A DNA stretch of 64,000 nt, from NCBI GenBank assembly GCA_034679465.1, contig JAXDAV010000074.1:19949-83948 (forward strand). Reading direction: 5' to 3'. Position 1 is the stretch's first letter; each line of letters starts with the position of its first letter. Made by a program: the position numbers and the translations under genes. This document shows, piece after piece, positions 56,509 to 64,000 of this stretch. The stretch comes from Candidatus Aminicenantes bacterium (lineage in GTDB: Bacteria; Acidobacteriota; Aminicenantia; Aminicenantales; Saccharicenantaceae). The notes beneath the pieces were generated by a model. That model saw only the letters and a program-made list of their open reading frames with translations, was not told where the DNA came from and searched no databases.

Positions 56509-57803
56509 CGCTTCTCCTTCCGGCCCTTCTTCGCCCGGCCCTTGGGGACGAACGGGCAGTCCTCGAGCCGGGCGTAGCCGCGGACGATGTCGTCGGCCAG
56601 GGTCCGGCAATCGGGGGCCCCGCAGACGCCGCAGTCCTTGAGCGGCAGGCCGGCGAAGATCCTCTCCCGCCGCTTGGCTTTGCGGATGGCCTTGGCCGGG
56701 TCCCGGTCCAGGGGGCGCGGTTCCGCGGGCGTCACCGGGTGGTCGAACGAGAGGAAATTCTTGTGATAGAGGCGGCTGACGTCCTTCTGGTCGATGACCG
56801 CGTGCTCGCCCGCGGCGGCGACGAGCTCGAGGACGCGGCTCTTGGCCAGGAAGCGGTTCTCGACCCCGAGCGGCCCGCCCACGCACCCGTCGGGACAGAC
56901 CGTGCACTCGAGGAGATCGATGTCCTGGAGCAGTCCGCCCTCGACCTCGTCGAGGACGCGCATGGTGTCCCGGATGCCCGAGACGGCCACGGCCCGATGG
57001 GTCTTGAGGCCGCGCGTCTCCCCGCCGGAGAGGGGCCAGCCCATGCCCAGGCCGCTGAAGAGCGTCTCCGGGAAGAGGTGGCGCATCAGGGCGTCCTCCT
57101 CGCTCTTGCGCAGGGCCTTGAGGATCTGGGGGAAGATGTCCCGGATCGACATGGCCCCGTCGAGGTAGGACCTGGCCAGGGTGGCCGGGCTGTTGATGGA
57201 GACGATCTTGGCCGGGCAGGGCGTGATGTGAATGATGCCGATCCGCTCGGCCGGGATCCCCAGAGCCTTGGGCAGGATGGTCCGGAGGATCTTGGCGGCG
57301 ATCTCCCGCGGCGGCTCGATCGGCATGATCTGGCCGCAGAGGGAGGGGTAGCGCCGCTGGATGATCCGGACGACGACGGGGCAGGTCGAGGTGATGTAGG
57401 GCCGGGGCCCGGGGTGCTCGTCGAGATACTTCTCGGTCGCGGCGCAGTTGAGCTCGCAGATCGAGCTGAGATCGTAGACCTCGTCGAACCCGACCCGGCG
57501 CAGGGCCGACAGGATCTCGGTGGGCAGGACGGTGGGGCCGAACTGGCCGTAGATGACCGTCGAGGGGATGGCGACCTTGTAGTCGAAGGCCTCCAGCGCG
57601 GCGAACGACGTGGTATGGGAGTGGACGGCCTCGTGGGGGCAGACGCGGAGACACTCGGCGCAGTCGATGCAGAGCTGGTCGATGATGCGGGCCTTGCCCC
57701 CCTCGACCCGGATGGCCCGGGTCGGGCAGGCCGACATGCAGCGGACACAGCCGACGCACTTGTCCTCGGTGATGTGGATGGCGTGGAAGTTCCTGTCGCT
57801 CAT
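56505..57803 (-). CDS. [FeFe]-hydrogenase-like Fe-S protein, putative sensory type (2x ferredoxin 4Fe-4S + variant H-domain + C-terminal Cx2Cx4Cx16C)
   Basis: 432 aa. It has C16x2Cx2Cx3CP and C45x2Cx2Cx3CP. The H-cluster motif equivalents are ITSTCP (res 137-142), TPCPAK (194-199) and ECTVCPDGCVGGP (299-311). The C-terminus has C391GVC394GAPDC399...C416. Confidence 0.8.
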   Translation of the reverse strand: MSDRNFHAIHITEDKCVGCVRCMSACPTRAIRVEGGKARIIDQLCIDCAECLRVCPHEAVHSHTTSFAALEAFDYKVAIPSTVIYGQFGPTVLPTEILSALRRVGFDEVYDLSSICELNCAATEKYLDEHPGPRPYITSTCPVVVRIIQRRYPSLCGQIMPIEPPREIAAKILRTILPKALGIPAERIGIIHITPCPAKIVSINSPATLARSYLDGAMSIRDIFPQILKALRKSEEDALMRHLFPETLFSGLGMGWPLSGGETRGLKTHRAVAVSGIRDTMRVLDEVEGGLLQDIDLLECTVCPDGCVGGPLGVENRFLAKSRVLELVAAAGEHAVIDQKDVSRLYHKNFLSFDHPVTPAEPRPLDRDPAKAIRKAKRRERIFAGLPLKDCGVCGAPDCRTLADDIVRGYARLEDCPFVPKGRAKKGRKEKR

Positions 57804-58255
57804 GGCCTCACGTGTCCGTTCTTCCTGATGACGATGTCGAGGCGCGTCCCCCGGCCCACTTCCGAGTCGATGGCGAAGTCGTCGGCGTTCCTGCGGATGT
57901 TCGGCAGTCCCATGCCGGCGCCGAAGCCGAGCTCCCGCATCTCGGCCGTCGCCGTCGAGTACCCCTCGGTCAGGGCCAGCTCGACGTCCGGGATGCCCGG
58001 GCCGCGGTCGTCGATGGTGAGCCGGACCTCGCCGGGGGACACGGTCAGGTCCATCCGGGCGTCCCAGGCGTACATGATGACGTTCATCTCGGCCTCATAG
58101 GCGACGATGGCCGCCCGCCGCACCGTCGCCGTGTCGATCCCCAGGTCCTTCAGCAGCTCCTTGATGTCGCAGGCGGCGGCGCCGGCCCGGGCGAAGTCCC
58201 CGCCCTTGACGGGGTACTCCCGGCGGAAGACGGACTCAGCGGCGGGCATGGCCAC
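57800..58255 (-). CDS. RsbW-like anti-sigma-factor-type Ser/Thr kinase fold ATPase (HATPase_c_2)
   Basis: 151 aa. AIVAYEAEMNVIMY, DDRGPGIPD and GFGAGMGLPNI motifs resemble the N, G1 and G2 boxes. ATGA overlap with the hydrogenase-like gene. Confidence 0.7.
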   Translation of the reverse strand: MAMPAAESVFRREYPVKGGDFARAGAAACDIKELLKDLGIDTATVRRAAIVAYEAEMNVIMYAWDARMDLTVSPGEVRLTIDDRGPGIPDVELALTEGYSTATAEMRELGFGAGMGLPNIRRNADDFAIDSEVGRGTRLDIVIRKNGHVRP

Positions 58256-58592
58256 CGTCCTCGACCCGCCCGGCGATCCGCGAGCAGGCCGTGAACATCG
58301 TCATCCTGGTCGCGATCAGCGGGAGGCCCTTCGCCCGGGCCTCGGCGATGGCCTCCGCGGCCGGGCGCTTGCCCTGGACGAAGACGACCGCGGCGATGTC
58401 GGCGACGGCGCAGGCGCAGACGACGTGGGGATTGGCCAGCCCGGTCAGGAGGAGCGAGCCCGGCTCGGCGGAGGTGAGGACGTCGCTCATGAGATCGGAA
58501 GCGAAGACCTTGTGGAAGGCGGTCTCGGGGGCGGTCGCCGGGGTCAGGAGCTCGGCGTCGAGAAGGGCCAGAACGTCCTTGAGAGCGATCAT
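58236..58592 (-). CDS. DRTGG-domain protein (118 aa), paralogue of 56167..56508
   Basis: This is the C-terminal part of track ORF 58236..60197, starting at ATG 58592 after GGGAGG (MIALKDVLALLDAELL...FASDLMSDVLTSAEPGSLLLTGLANPHVVCACAVADIAAVVFV). Confidence 0.7.
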   Translation of the reverse strand: MIALKDVLALLDAELLTPATAPETAFHKVFASDLMSDVLTSAEPGSLLLTGLANPHVVCACAVADIAAVVFVQGKRPAAEAIAEARAKGLPLIATRMTMFTACSRIAGRVEDGGHARR

Positions 58593-58649
58593 GGGACCTC
58601 CCGCCGCGCCGGAATCCCGCCCGGCTTCATTATAACCCGAAGCCCGGGC

Positions 58650-58680
58650 AAAAAAAAGGGGACGAGCCCGGCCCGTCCCC
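58650..58680 (-). terminator. rho-independent terminator after the GltB-like gene
   Basis: On the minus strand, GGGGACG pairs with CGTCCCC (58658-58664 / 58674-58680 in plus coordinates), with a 9 nt loop, followed by T8 (58650-58657). Confidence 0.75.
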
Positions 58681-58696
58681 TGGATACGGCCCGCGA

Positions 58697-60283
58697 TCAC
58701 TTGGCCTTGAGGATCTCCTGGACCTCGGCCTTGTCGACGTCGGTGATGAACGGGATGGCGCTGATGTCGGCGGCCGGCTTGGTGATGGCCGCGATGTCGT
58801 CCCGGCTGATGTAGCCCAGGTTGAACTTGCGCGCGCCGGCCATCAGCTGCCGCAGGCCCTGGCTCAGCCGCTCGAAGTAGGTGTAGACGCCCATCGCCCC
58901 GGGCGGCAGGTCCTTGAACCGCTCGCCGAAGCGGTGCTTGAGCTCGGGGGCGGTGACGAAGATCTCGTCCTTGGTGCTGCCGAAGCGCTCGACATAGACC
59001 GGGATCTGGCCGTCGGAGATGCGGCCGCCGATGGTCTTCCCGACCATGGCCGCGGCCATGGGCGAGCGGGCCATGCCGACGAGCTTGACGTAGGGCGCGC
59101 CGAGGGCCAGGGCCTTGAAGATCTGGTCCTCGAAGGTGATGCCGCCGGCGAAGGCCAGATCGGGGACGTACTCGCCCTGCTGGGCCAGCTGGTCGGCGTA
59201 CTGATAGGTCAGCGACCAGATCTCGACGGCCGGGACGCCCCACTCGTTCATCATCCGCCAGGGGCTCATGCCCGTGCCGCCGCCGGCGCCGTCGACGGTC
59301 AGCAGGTCGAGCTTGGCCTTGGAGGCGAACTTGACCGCCCGGGCCAGGTCGGCCGGCCGATAGGCGCCGGTCTTGAGGAAGACGCGCTTGGCCCCGGCCT
59401 GGCGCAGCTCCTCGACCCTCTGCATGAACTCGCCCTCGTCGACCATGCCCATGCGGGAGTGGCGCTCGAACTCCTTGAAACTGCCCTTCTCGAAGGCCTC
59501 GATGACCTTGGGGTTGTCGGGGTCGGGCAGGACGATGTAGCCCTTCTTCTTCAGGGCCTGGGCCTTCTTGACGGTCTTGAGCTTGACCTCGCCGCCGATG
59601 TCCTTGGCCCCCTGGCCCCATTTGAGCTCGACCGTCTCGACGCCCAGCTTCTGGACGGCGTATTCCTGGACGCCGAGGCGGGTGTCCTCGACGTTGGCCT
59701 GGACGACGACGTCGCCGTAGCCGTCCCCCTGCCAGTCGCGGAACGACCGGACGCGGAACTCCATGTCCGGGGAGCGGACGACCTTGCCGTTCTTGAGCTC
59801 GGTCTCGTCGTCCATGCCGCAGACGTTTTCGCCGATCGTCAGGATGACCCCGGAGACGGCCGCCCCGCCGCCGAGGCCGGCCCAGTTCTGCTTGGCGATG
59901 TTGGTCGAGCCCATGCCCGAGATGACGAAGGGCAGTCTGAGCTTGAGGTCCTTGTCGCGGCCGATCCTGGTCTCGGTCGTGACCTTCTCGAACGTGGCCT
60001 TGTCGCTGTCGGCGGGGACGCCGTAGGCCCCCTTGGCCGTCCCCATGATGCTGAAGTGGGACAGGTCGATGGGGTAGTCCTTCTCGCAGGCCGCCGTGAT
60101 GATGCCGAACGGCTGCGGATAGAGGACCTCGTGGCCGCGGTAGGCGGACTTCCCGATCTCGCACATCCCGACGCAGCCGTCGACGCAGGTCACGCACATC
60201 CCGCTGAAGGGGCTGATCGATCCCTCCGTCCGGTTCTTGGTCAGGGTGGCGGCGCTTCTGTTGAGCTTGGTCATGGTCGGCAT
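58697..60283 (-). CDS. glutamate synthase-related FMN-binding protein (GltB domain-2 type) with an N-terminal Cys cluster
   Basis: 528 aa. N-terminal CVTCVDGCVGMC, a TIM-barrel region with DGAGGGTGMSP (equivalent to the GltS FMN-domain GGTGA motif), and LAFAGGI. No amidotransferase domain. Confidence 0.8.
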   Translation of the reverse strand: MPTMTKLNRSAATLTKNRTEGSISPFSGMCVTCVDGCVGMCEIGKSAYRGHEVLYPQPFGIITAACEKDYPIDLSHFSIMGTAKGAYGVPADSDKATFEKVTTETRIGRDKDLKLRLPFVISGMGSTNIAKQNWAGLGGGAAVSGVILTIGENVCGMDDETELKNGKVVRSPDMEFRVRSFRDWQGDGYGDVVVQANVEDTRLGVQEYAVQKLGVETVELKWGQGAKDIGGEVKLKTVKKAQALKKKGYIVLPDPDNPKVIEAFEKGSFKEFERHSRMGMVDEGEFMQRVEELRQAGAKRVFLKTGAYRPADLARAVKFASKAKLDLLTVDGAGGGTGMSPWRMMNEWGVPAVEIWSLTYQYADQLAQQGEYVPDLAFAGGITFEDQIFKALALGAPYVKLVGMARSPMAAAMVGKTIGGRISDGQIPVYVERFGSTKDEIFVTAPELKHRFGERFKDLPPGAMGVYTYFERLSQGLRQLMAGARKFNLGYISRDDIAAITKPAADISAIPFITDVDKAEVQEILKAK

Positions 60284-60311
60284 GATGTTACCTCCTCGAT
60301 GTCCTTCGTCG

Positions 60312-60995
60312 TTAAGATTTTTTGTCCCGGACGCAGGTGCCGCAGCGGCCCGCGTCGTACATCCAGCACTGGAGGTCGTCGTAGTGCTCCAGGCAGGTCG
60401 GTTCCATGGTCAGGCAGGCGTTGCACAGGGCCGTCTCGGCGTTCGGCCCCTGGCAGCGGAGCTGGCAGGCGGGGCAGATGTACATGCAGGCGCCGCACAG
60501 CCGGCAGACCTCCGAGCGCAGGTCGAACGGCGTCGAGATCGTCCGCTTGTGGCCCCTCTGCTGGAAGCCGATGGCCCGGGCGTCCATCTGCTCGGCGCAG
60601 ATCCGCGTGCACAGGCCGCAAAGGACGCACTCGTCGTTCCGGGGGGCGAACCGGACCTTGGTCACGCCGAAGCGGGAGGCCAGGTCCTGGAGGACCTTGG
60701 AGCCCGGCGCGGTGGAGAGCATGAGCTCGATCATCATCCGCCGCGCCGACCAGACCCGGTCGGAATCGGTCCGGACGACGAGCCCCGCTTCGGCCGGGTA
60801 GGTGCAGGACGTCACCAGCTTCGACCGCGGCCGCTCGCCGATCTCGACGAGACAGAGCCGGCAGCCGCCGAACTCCGTCAGGCCTTCGTGATGACAGAGG
60901 GTCGGGATCTCCAGGCCGTAGAACTTGGCCGTCTCGAGGACGGTCCAGCCCTCCTCGGCCTTGACGCACAAGCCGTTCAGGATGAGTTCGATCAT
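60312..60995 (-). CDS. 2Fe-2S plus 4Fe-4S ferredoxin-type protein resembling the N-terminus of NuoG/HydA/HylA, without a catalytic domain
   Basis: 227 aa. MIELILNG..TVLETA...PTLCHHEGLTEFGGCRLCLVEI (2Fe-2S fold), CVLCGLCTRIC and CRLCGACMYICP (4Fe-4S), plus extra C-terminal cysteines. 4 nt overlap with the upstream gene. Confidence 0.75.
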   Translation of the reverse strand: MIELILNGLCVKAEEGWTVLETAKFYGLEIPTLCHHEGLTEFGGCRLCLVEIGERPRSKLVTSCTYPAEAGLVVRTDSDRVWSARRMMIELMLSTAPGSKVLQDLASRFGVTKVRFAPRNDECVLCGLCTRICAEQMDARAIGFQQRGHKRTISTPFDLRSEVCRLCGACMYICPACQLRCQGPNAETALCNACLTMEPTCLEHYDDLQCWMYDAGRCGTCVRDKKS

Positions 60996-63900
60996 GTTTC
61001 ACGTCCCAGCGCATTCTTGGCGTCCCGGGTCTCGAGCTCACAGCGGAGGCAGCGCCGGGCCTCCTTCAGGGCGAGCTCCCCGGTGAAGCCGAGCTCGATC
61101 TCGTCGTGTCCCGACCGCCTCTTGCCGCGGGGCAGGTGGGGCATCCTGGCCCTCTTCGTGTTTTGGGCCTCCTCCTCGGTCAGCTTGACCGGCTCCACGT
61201 AGCAGGCCGGGCGCGTGACCTCGTTGACCCGGACGAAGGGGCGTCCCTCGAGGTAGGCCTCGATCGACCGGGCCGCGGCCTTGCCCGCGGCCATGGCCTC
61301 GACGACGCTGCTCGGGCCCGAGACGACGTCGCCGCCGGCGAAGACGCCCGGCCGGGTCGTGGCCATGCTGGCCGGGTCGACGATGATCGTGCCCCACTCG
61401 GGCGACAGCGTCAGGCCGTCGCTCTCCCTGAGGTAGGGCGTGTAGGCCCGCTCGCTGATGGCCAGGATGAGGGTATCGGCCGGCACCTGGAACTCCGACC
61501 CCGGGATGGGCACGGGCCGGGCCCGGCCGCTCGAGTCCTTCTCGCCGAGCTTCATGCGGATGCACTCGACGCCGACGACCCGGCCGTCCCGGGTGCGGAT
61601 GCGGACCGGGGCGGTCAGGTATTCGATCCGGATCCCCTCCTCGAGCCCGGCCTCGATCTCTTCGGGGTAGGCCGGCATCTCCCGCCGTGTCCGGCGGTAG
61701 AGGATCGTGGCCTCCTTCACCCGCTTGTCGCGGAAGGCGACGCGGGCGGCGTCGACGGCCGAGTTGCCGCCGCCGATGACCGCGACCCGGGCGCCGAGCG
61801 AGACCGGGATCCCGAGATGATGGTCTTTGAGGTATTCGAGGGCCTGGAGGACGCCTTCGGCCTCTTCGCCGGGGACGCCCATCTCGAGCGGCTTGTGGGC
61901 GCCCGTGGCCAGGTAGACGGCCTTGTAGCCCTGCCGGAAGAGATCGTCCAGGCTGAAGTCCTTGCCGAGCGTCATGTTGGTCTTGATGCTCAGGCCGCAG
62001 CTGACGAGGTAGTCGAGGTCGTCCTGGAGCCTCTCCTTGGGCAGGCGGTGGTCGGGGATGGTCACCCGGAGCATGCCCCCGGCGACCGGCAGGGACTCGA
62101 GGATCCGGACGGCGAAGCCCTTCTTGATGAGCTCGTAGCCCGCCGCCAGGCCGGACGGCCCGGCGCCGACGATGGCCACCTTCTCGGGCCGGGTGACGGG
62201 GAGCCTTTCGGGCGCGTCGAGGCCCTTCTCCCGGGCCCAATCCAGGACATAGCGCTTCAGGGCCCGGATGGCGATGGGCTCGCCGATCTCCCCGGCCCGG
62301 CAGACGGATTCGCAGGGCCGGCTGCAGACCCGGCCGCAGACCGAAGGGAGCGGGTTGTCCTTGCGGATGACCCGGAAGGCCTCCGCGTGCTTCTTCTGGG
62401 CGACGAGGCCGATGTAGCTCGAGGCCTCCTGGTCGATGGGGCAGGCGTACTGACAGGGCGCGGAGACGATCTCCTTGCAGACCATGGCCGGGCACCGTCT
62501 CTCGACGACGTGCTTCTCGTACTCGGGCCGGAAGTAGCGCAGAGTGGACAGGACCGGGTTGGCGGCCGTCTGGCCGAGCCCGCAGAGGGAGGCGTCCTTG
62601 ACCGCCGCCGCCAGCTCTTCGAGCAGGGCGATGTCCTCCAGGGTCCCCTGGCCGTCCGTGATCCTGCTGACGATCTCGTACATGCGCTGGGTGCCCTCGC
62701 GGCAGGAGACGCACTTGCCGCAGGACTCGTCGCGCAGGAAATTCAGGAAGTACTTGGCCAAGTCGACCATGCAGGTCTTGTCGTCCATGACGATCATGCC
62801 GCCGGAGCCCATCATGGCCCCCGCGGCCGTCAGGCTCTCGTAGTCGACCGGCAGGTCGAGGAGCTTGGCCGGGATGCAGCCGCCCGACGGGCCGCCGATC
62901 TGGACGCCCTTGATGGCCCGGCCGCCGGGGACGCCGCCGCCGATGCCGTCGACGATCTCCCGGAGGCTGATGCCCATCGGGACCTCGACCAGGCCGGTGT
63001 TGGCGATCTTGCCGACGAGCGAGAAGATCTTCGTCCCCTTGCTCGTGTCCGTGCCCAGGCCCGCGAACCACTTCGCCCCCCGGCGGATGATGTTGGGAAC
63101 GGTCGCCCAGGTCTCGACGTTGTTGTTGACCGTCGGCGAGCCCCAGAGCCCCTTGCTGGCCGGGAAGGGCGGGCGCTGCCGGGGCATGGCGATCTGGCCC
63201 TCGATCGAGGCGATCAGGGCCGTTTCCTCGCCCGAGACGAACGCGCCGGCCCCCTGGACGATCTCCAGGTCGAAATCGAAGCCCGTGCCCAGGATGTCGG
63301 TCCCGAGCAGTCCGTACTCCCGGGCCTGCCGGATGGCGATGTCGATGCGCTTGATGGCCAGGGGATACTCGTGGCGGATGTAGATGAACCCCTTCGCGGC
63401 GCCGATCGCCTTGGCCCCGATGATCATGCCCTCCAGGACCGCGTGGGGATCGGCCTCGAGGACGGAGCGGTCCATGAACGCGCCGGGGTCGCCCTCGTCG
63501 CCGTTGCAGATGATGTACTTCGGCGAGCGCTTCTGGACGGCGCAGGCGGCCCATTTCTTGCCCGTGGGGAAGCCGGCCCCGCCGCGGCCCCGCAGGCCGG
63601 AGGCGGCGATCTCTTCCAGGATGGCCTCGGGCGTCATCTCGGTCAGGGCCTTGGCCAGGGCCTCGTAGCCGTCGAAGGCGATGTACTCGTCGATCTTCTC
63701 CGGGTCGATCCGGCCGCGGTTGCGCAGGACGATGAGGCGCTGGTGCTTGAAGAACTCGATGTCCTTCATCTTCGGGACCGGCTTGTCCTCGGCCGGGGGG
63801 ACGTACATCAACTTCTTGACCGGCCGGCCCTTGAGGAGATGCTCCTCGACGAGACGGGGGATGTCCTCGGTCTTGAGAAGCTGATAGAAGATCCCGTCCG

Positions 63901-64000
63901 GCTGGACCATGACGATGGGGCCCCGCTCGCAGAACCCGTTACAGCCCGTGGCGATGACCTGGACCTCGTCCTGGAGGCGCCGCCTGGCGATCTCCTGCTC
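60992..64000 (-). CDS. fusion flavoprotein: thioredoxin-like 2Fe-2S + NuoF/HydB-like (FMN, NADH, 4Fe-4S) + GltD/NfnB-like (2x 4Fe-4S, FAD, NAD(P)H); the N-terminus lies beyond the right window edge
   Basis: The frame stays open upstream of the track M at 63910 to position 64000 (..VIATGCNGFCERGPIVMVQPDG, a Trx-like 2Fe-2S motif). NuoF motifs are GRGGAGFPTGKKW and ESCGKCVSCREG..LCGLGQ. GltD motifs are PLPSVCGRVCSRPCESVC, VAIVGAGPSGLAAGYEL and VAVIGGGNSAVDAAR. Confidence 0.85.
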   Translation of the reverse strand, partial: EQEIARRRLQDEVQVIATGCNGFCERGPIVMVQPDGIFYQLLKTEDIPRLVEEHLLKGRPVKKLMYVPPAEDKPVPKMKDIEFFKHQRLIVLRNRGRIDPEKIDEYIAFDGYEALAKALTEMTPEAILEEIAASGLRGRGGAGFPTGKKWAACAVQKRSPKYIICNGDEGDPGAFMDRSVLEADPHAVLEGMIIGAKAIGAAKGFIYIRHEYPLAIKRIDIAIRQAREYGLLGTDILGTGFDFDLEIVQGAGAFVSGEETALIASIEGQIAMPRQRPPFPASKGLWGSPTVNNNVETWATVPNIIRRGAKWFAGLGTDTSKGTKIFSLVGKIANTGLVEVPMGISLREIVDGIGGGVPGGRAIKGVQIGGPSGGCIPAKLLDLPVDYESLTAAGAMMGSGGMIVMDDKTCMVDLAKYFLNFLRDESCGKCVSCREGTQRMYEIVSRITDGQGTLEDIALLEELAAAVKDASLCGLGQTAANPVLSTLRYFRPEYEKHVVERRCPAMVCKEIVSAPCQYACPIDQEASSYIGLVAQKKHAEAFRVIRKDNPLPSVCGRVCSRPCESVCRAGEIGEPIAIRALKRYVLDWAREKGLDAPERLPVTRPEKVAIVGAGPSGLAAGYELIKKGFAVRILESLPVAGGMLRVTIPDHRLPKERLQDDLDYLVSCGLSIKTNMTLGKDFSLDDLFRQGYKAVYLATGAHKPLEMGVPGEEAEGVLQALEYLKDHHLGIPVSLGARVAVIGGGNSAVDAARVAFRDKRVKEATILYRRTRREMPAYPEEIEAGLEEGIRIEYLTAPVRIRTRDGRVVGVECIRMKLGEKDSSGRARPVPIPGSEFQVPADTLILAISERAYTPYLRESDGLTLSPEWGTIIVDPASMATTRPGVFAGGDVVSGPSSVVEAMAAGKAAARSIEAYLEGRPFVRVNEVTRPACYVEPVKLTEEEAQNTKRARMPHLPRGKRRSGHDEIELGFTGELALKEARRCLRCELETRDAKNALGRET

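Overview
A 64 kb, very GC-rich (about two-thirds G+C by eye) bacterial chromosomal segment. It is densely packed with about 58 protein genes and one tRNA. I saw no rRNA, CRISPR array, IS element, integrase-flanked island or prophage. Most of the window is core housekeeping, in synteny blocks that are well known from other bacteria. These are: tRNA-Val/thrS-infC-rpmI-rplT-pheS-pheT-zapB-like-zapA-rny-ymdB-xseA-xseB-dxs-tlyA-nadK, then trxA; a split ATP synthase Fo module (atpI-atpB-atpE); lptD; purF; carAB; glmS; dprA-topA-xerC; eno; and an Rrf2 regulator fused into a pstSCAB operon. The envelope proteins are a 1040 aa TonB-dependent receptor with a carboxypeptidase-regulatory-like N-terminus, a DUF1573 protein, a sulfatase-like TPR lipoprotein, and an SH3-plus-beta-barrel protein. 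Together with the GC content they suggest an Acidobacteria-like or related anaerobic lineage, but this is only a guess. The most interesting region is the right end (54.9-64.0 kb, minus strand). It holds an operon for a thioredoxin-like-2Fe2S/NuoF/GltD triple-fusion flavoprotein, a short NuoG/HydA-N-terminal-like Fe-S protein and a GltB-type FMN protein. A terminator follows, then a tightly overlapped six-gene signalling cassette: DRTGG, RsbW-like ATPase, [FeFe]-hydrogenase-like Fe-S sensor, DRTGG, PHP phosphoesterase and a DHp-less GHKL ATPase. In other bacteria this cassette accompanies bifurcating hydrogenases, but here no catalytic hydrogenase or maturase is visible. Second in interest is a pair of adjacent proteins (672 aa helical/HEAT-like and 469 aa HD-GYP) that share a paralogous N-terminal domain and sit directly upstream of glmS. 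The many long antisense or alternative-frame ORFs in the track are GC-driven artefacts. Several track ORFs needed their starts moved to internal or non-ATG codons.
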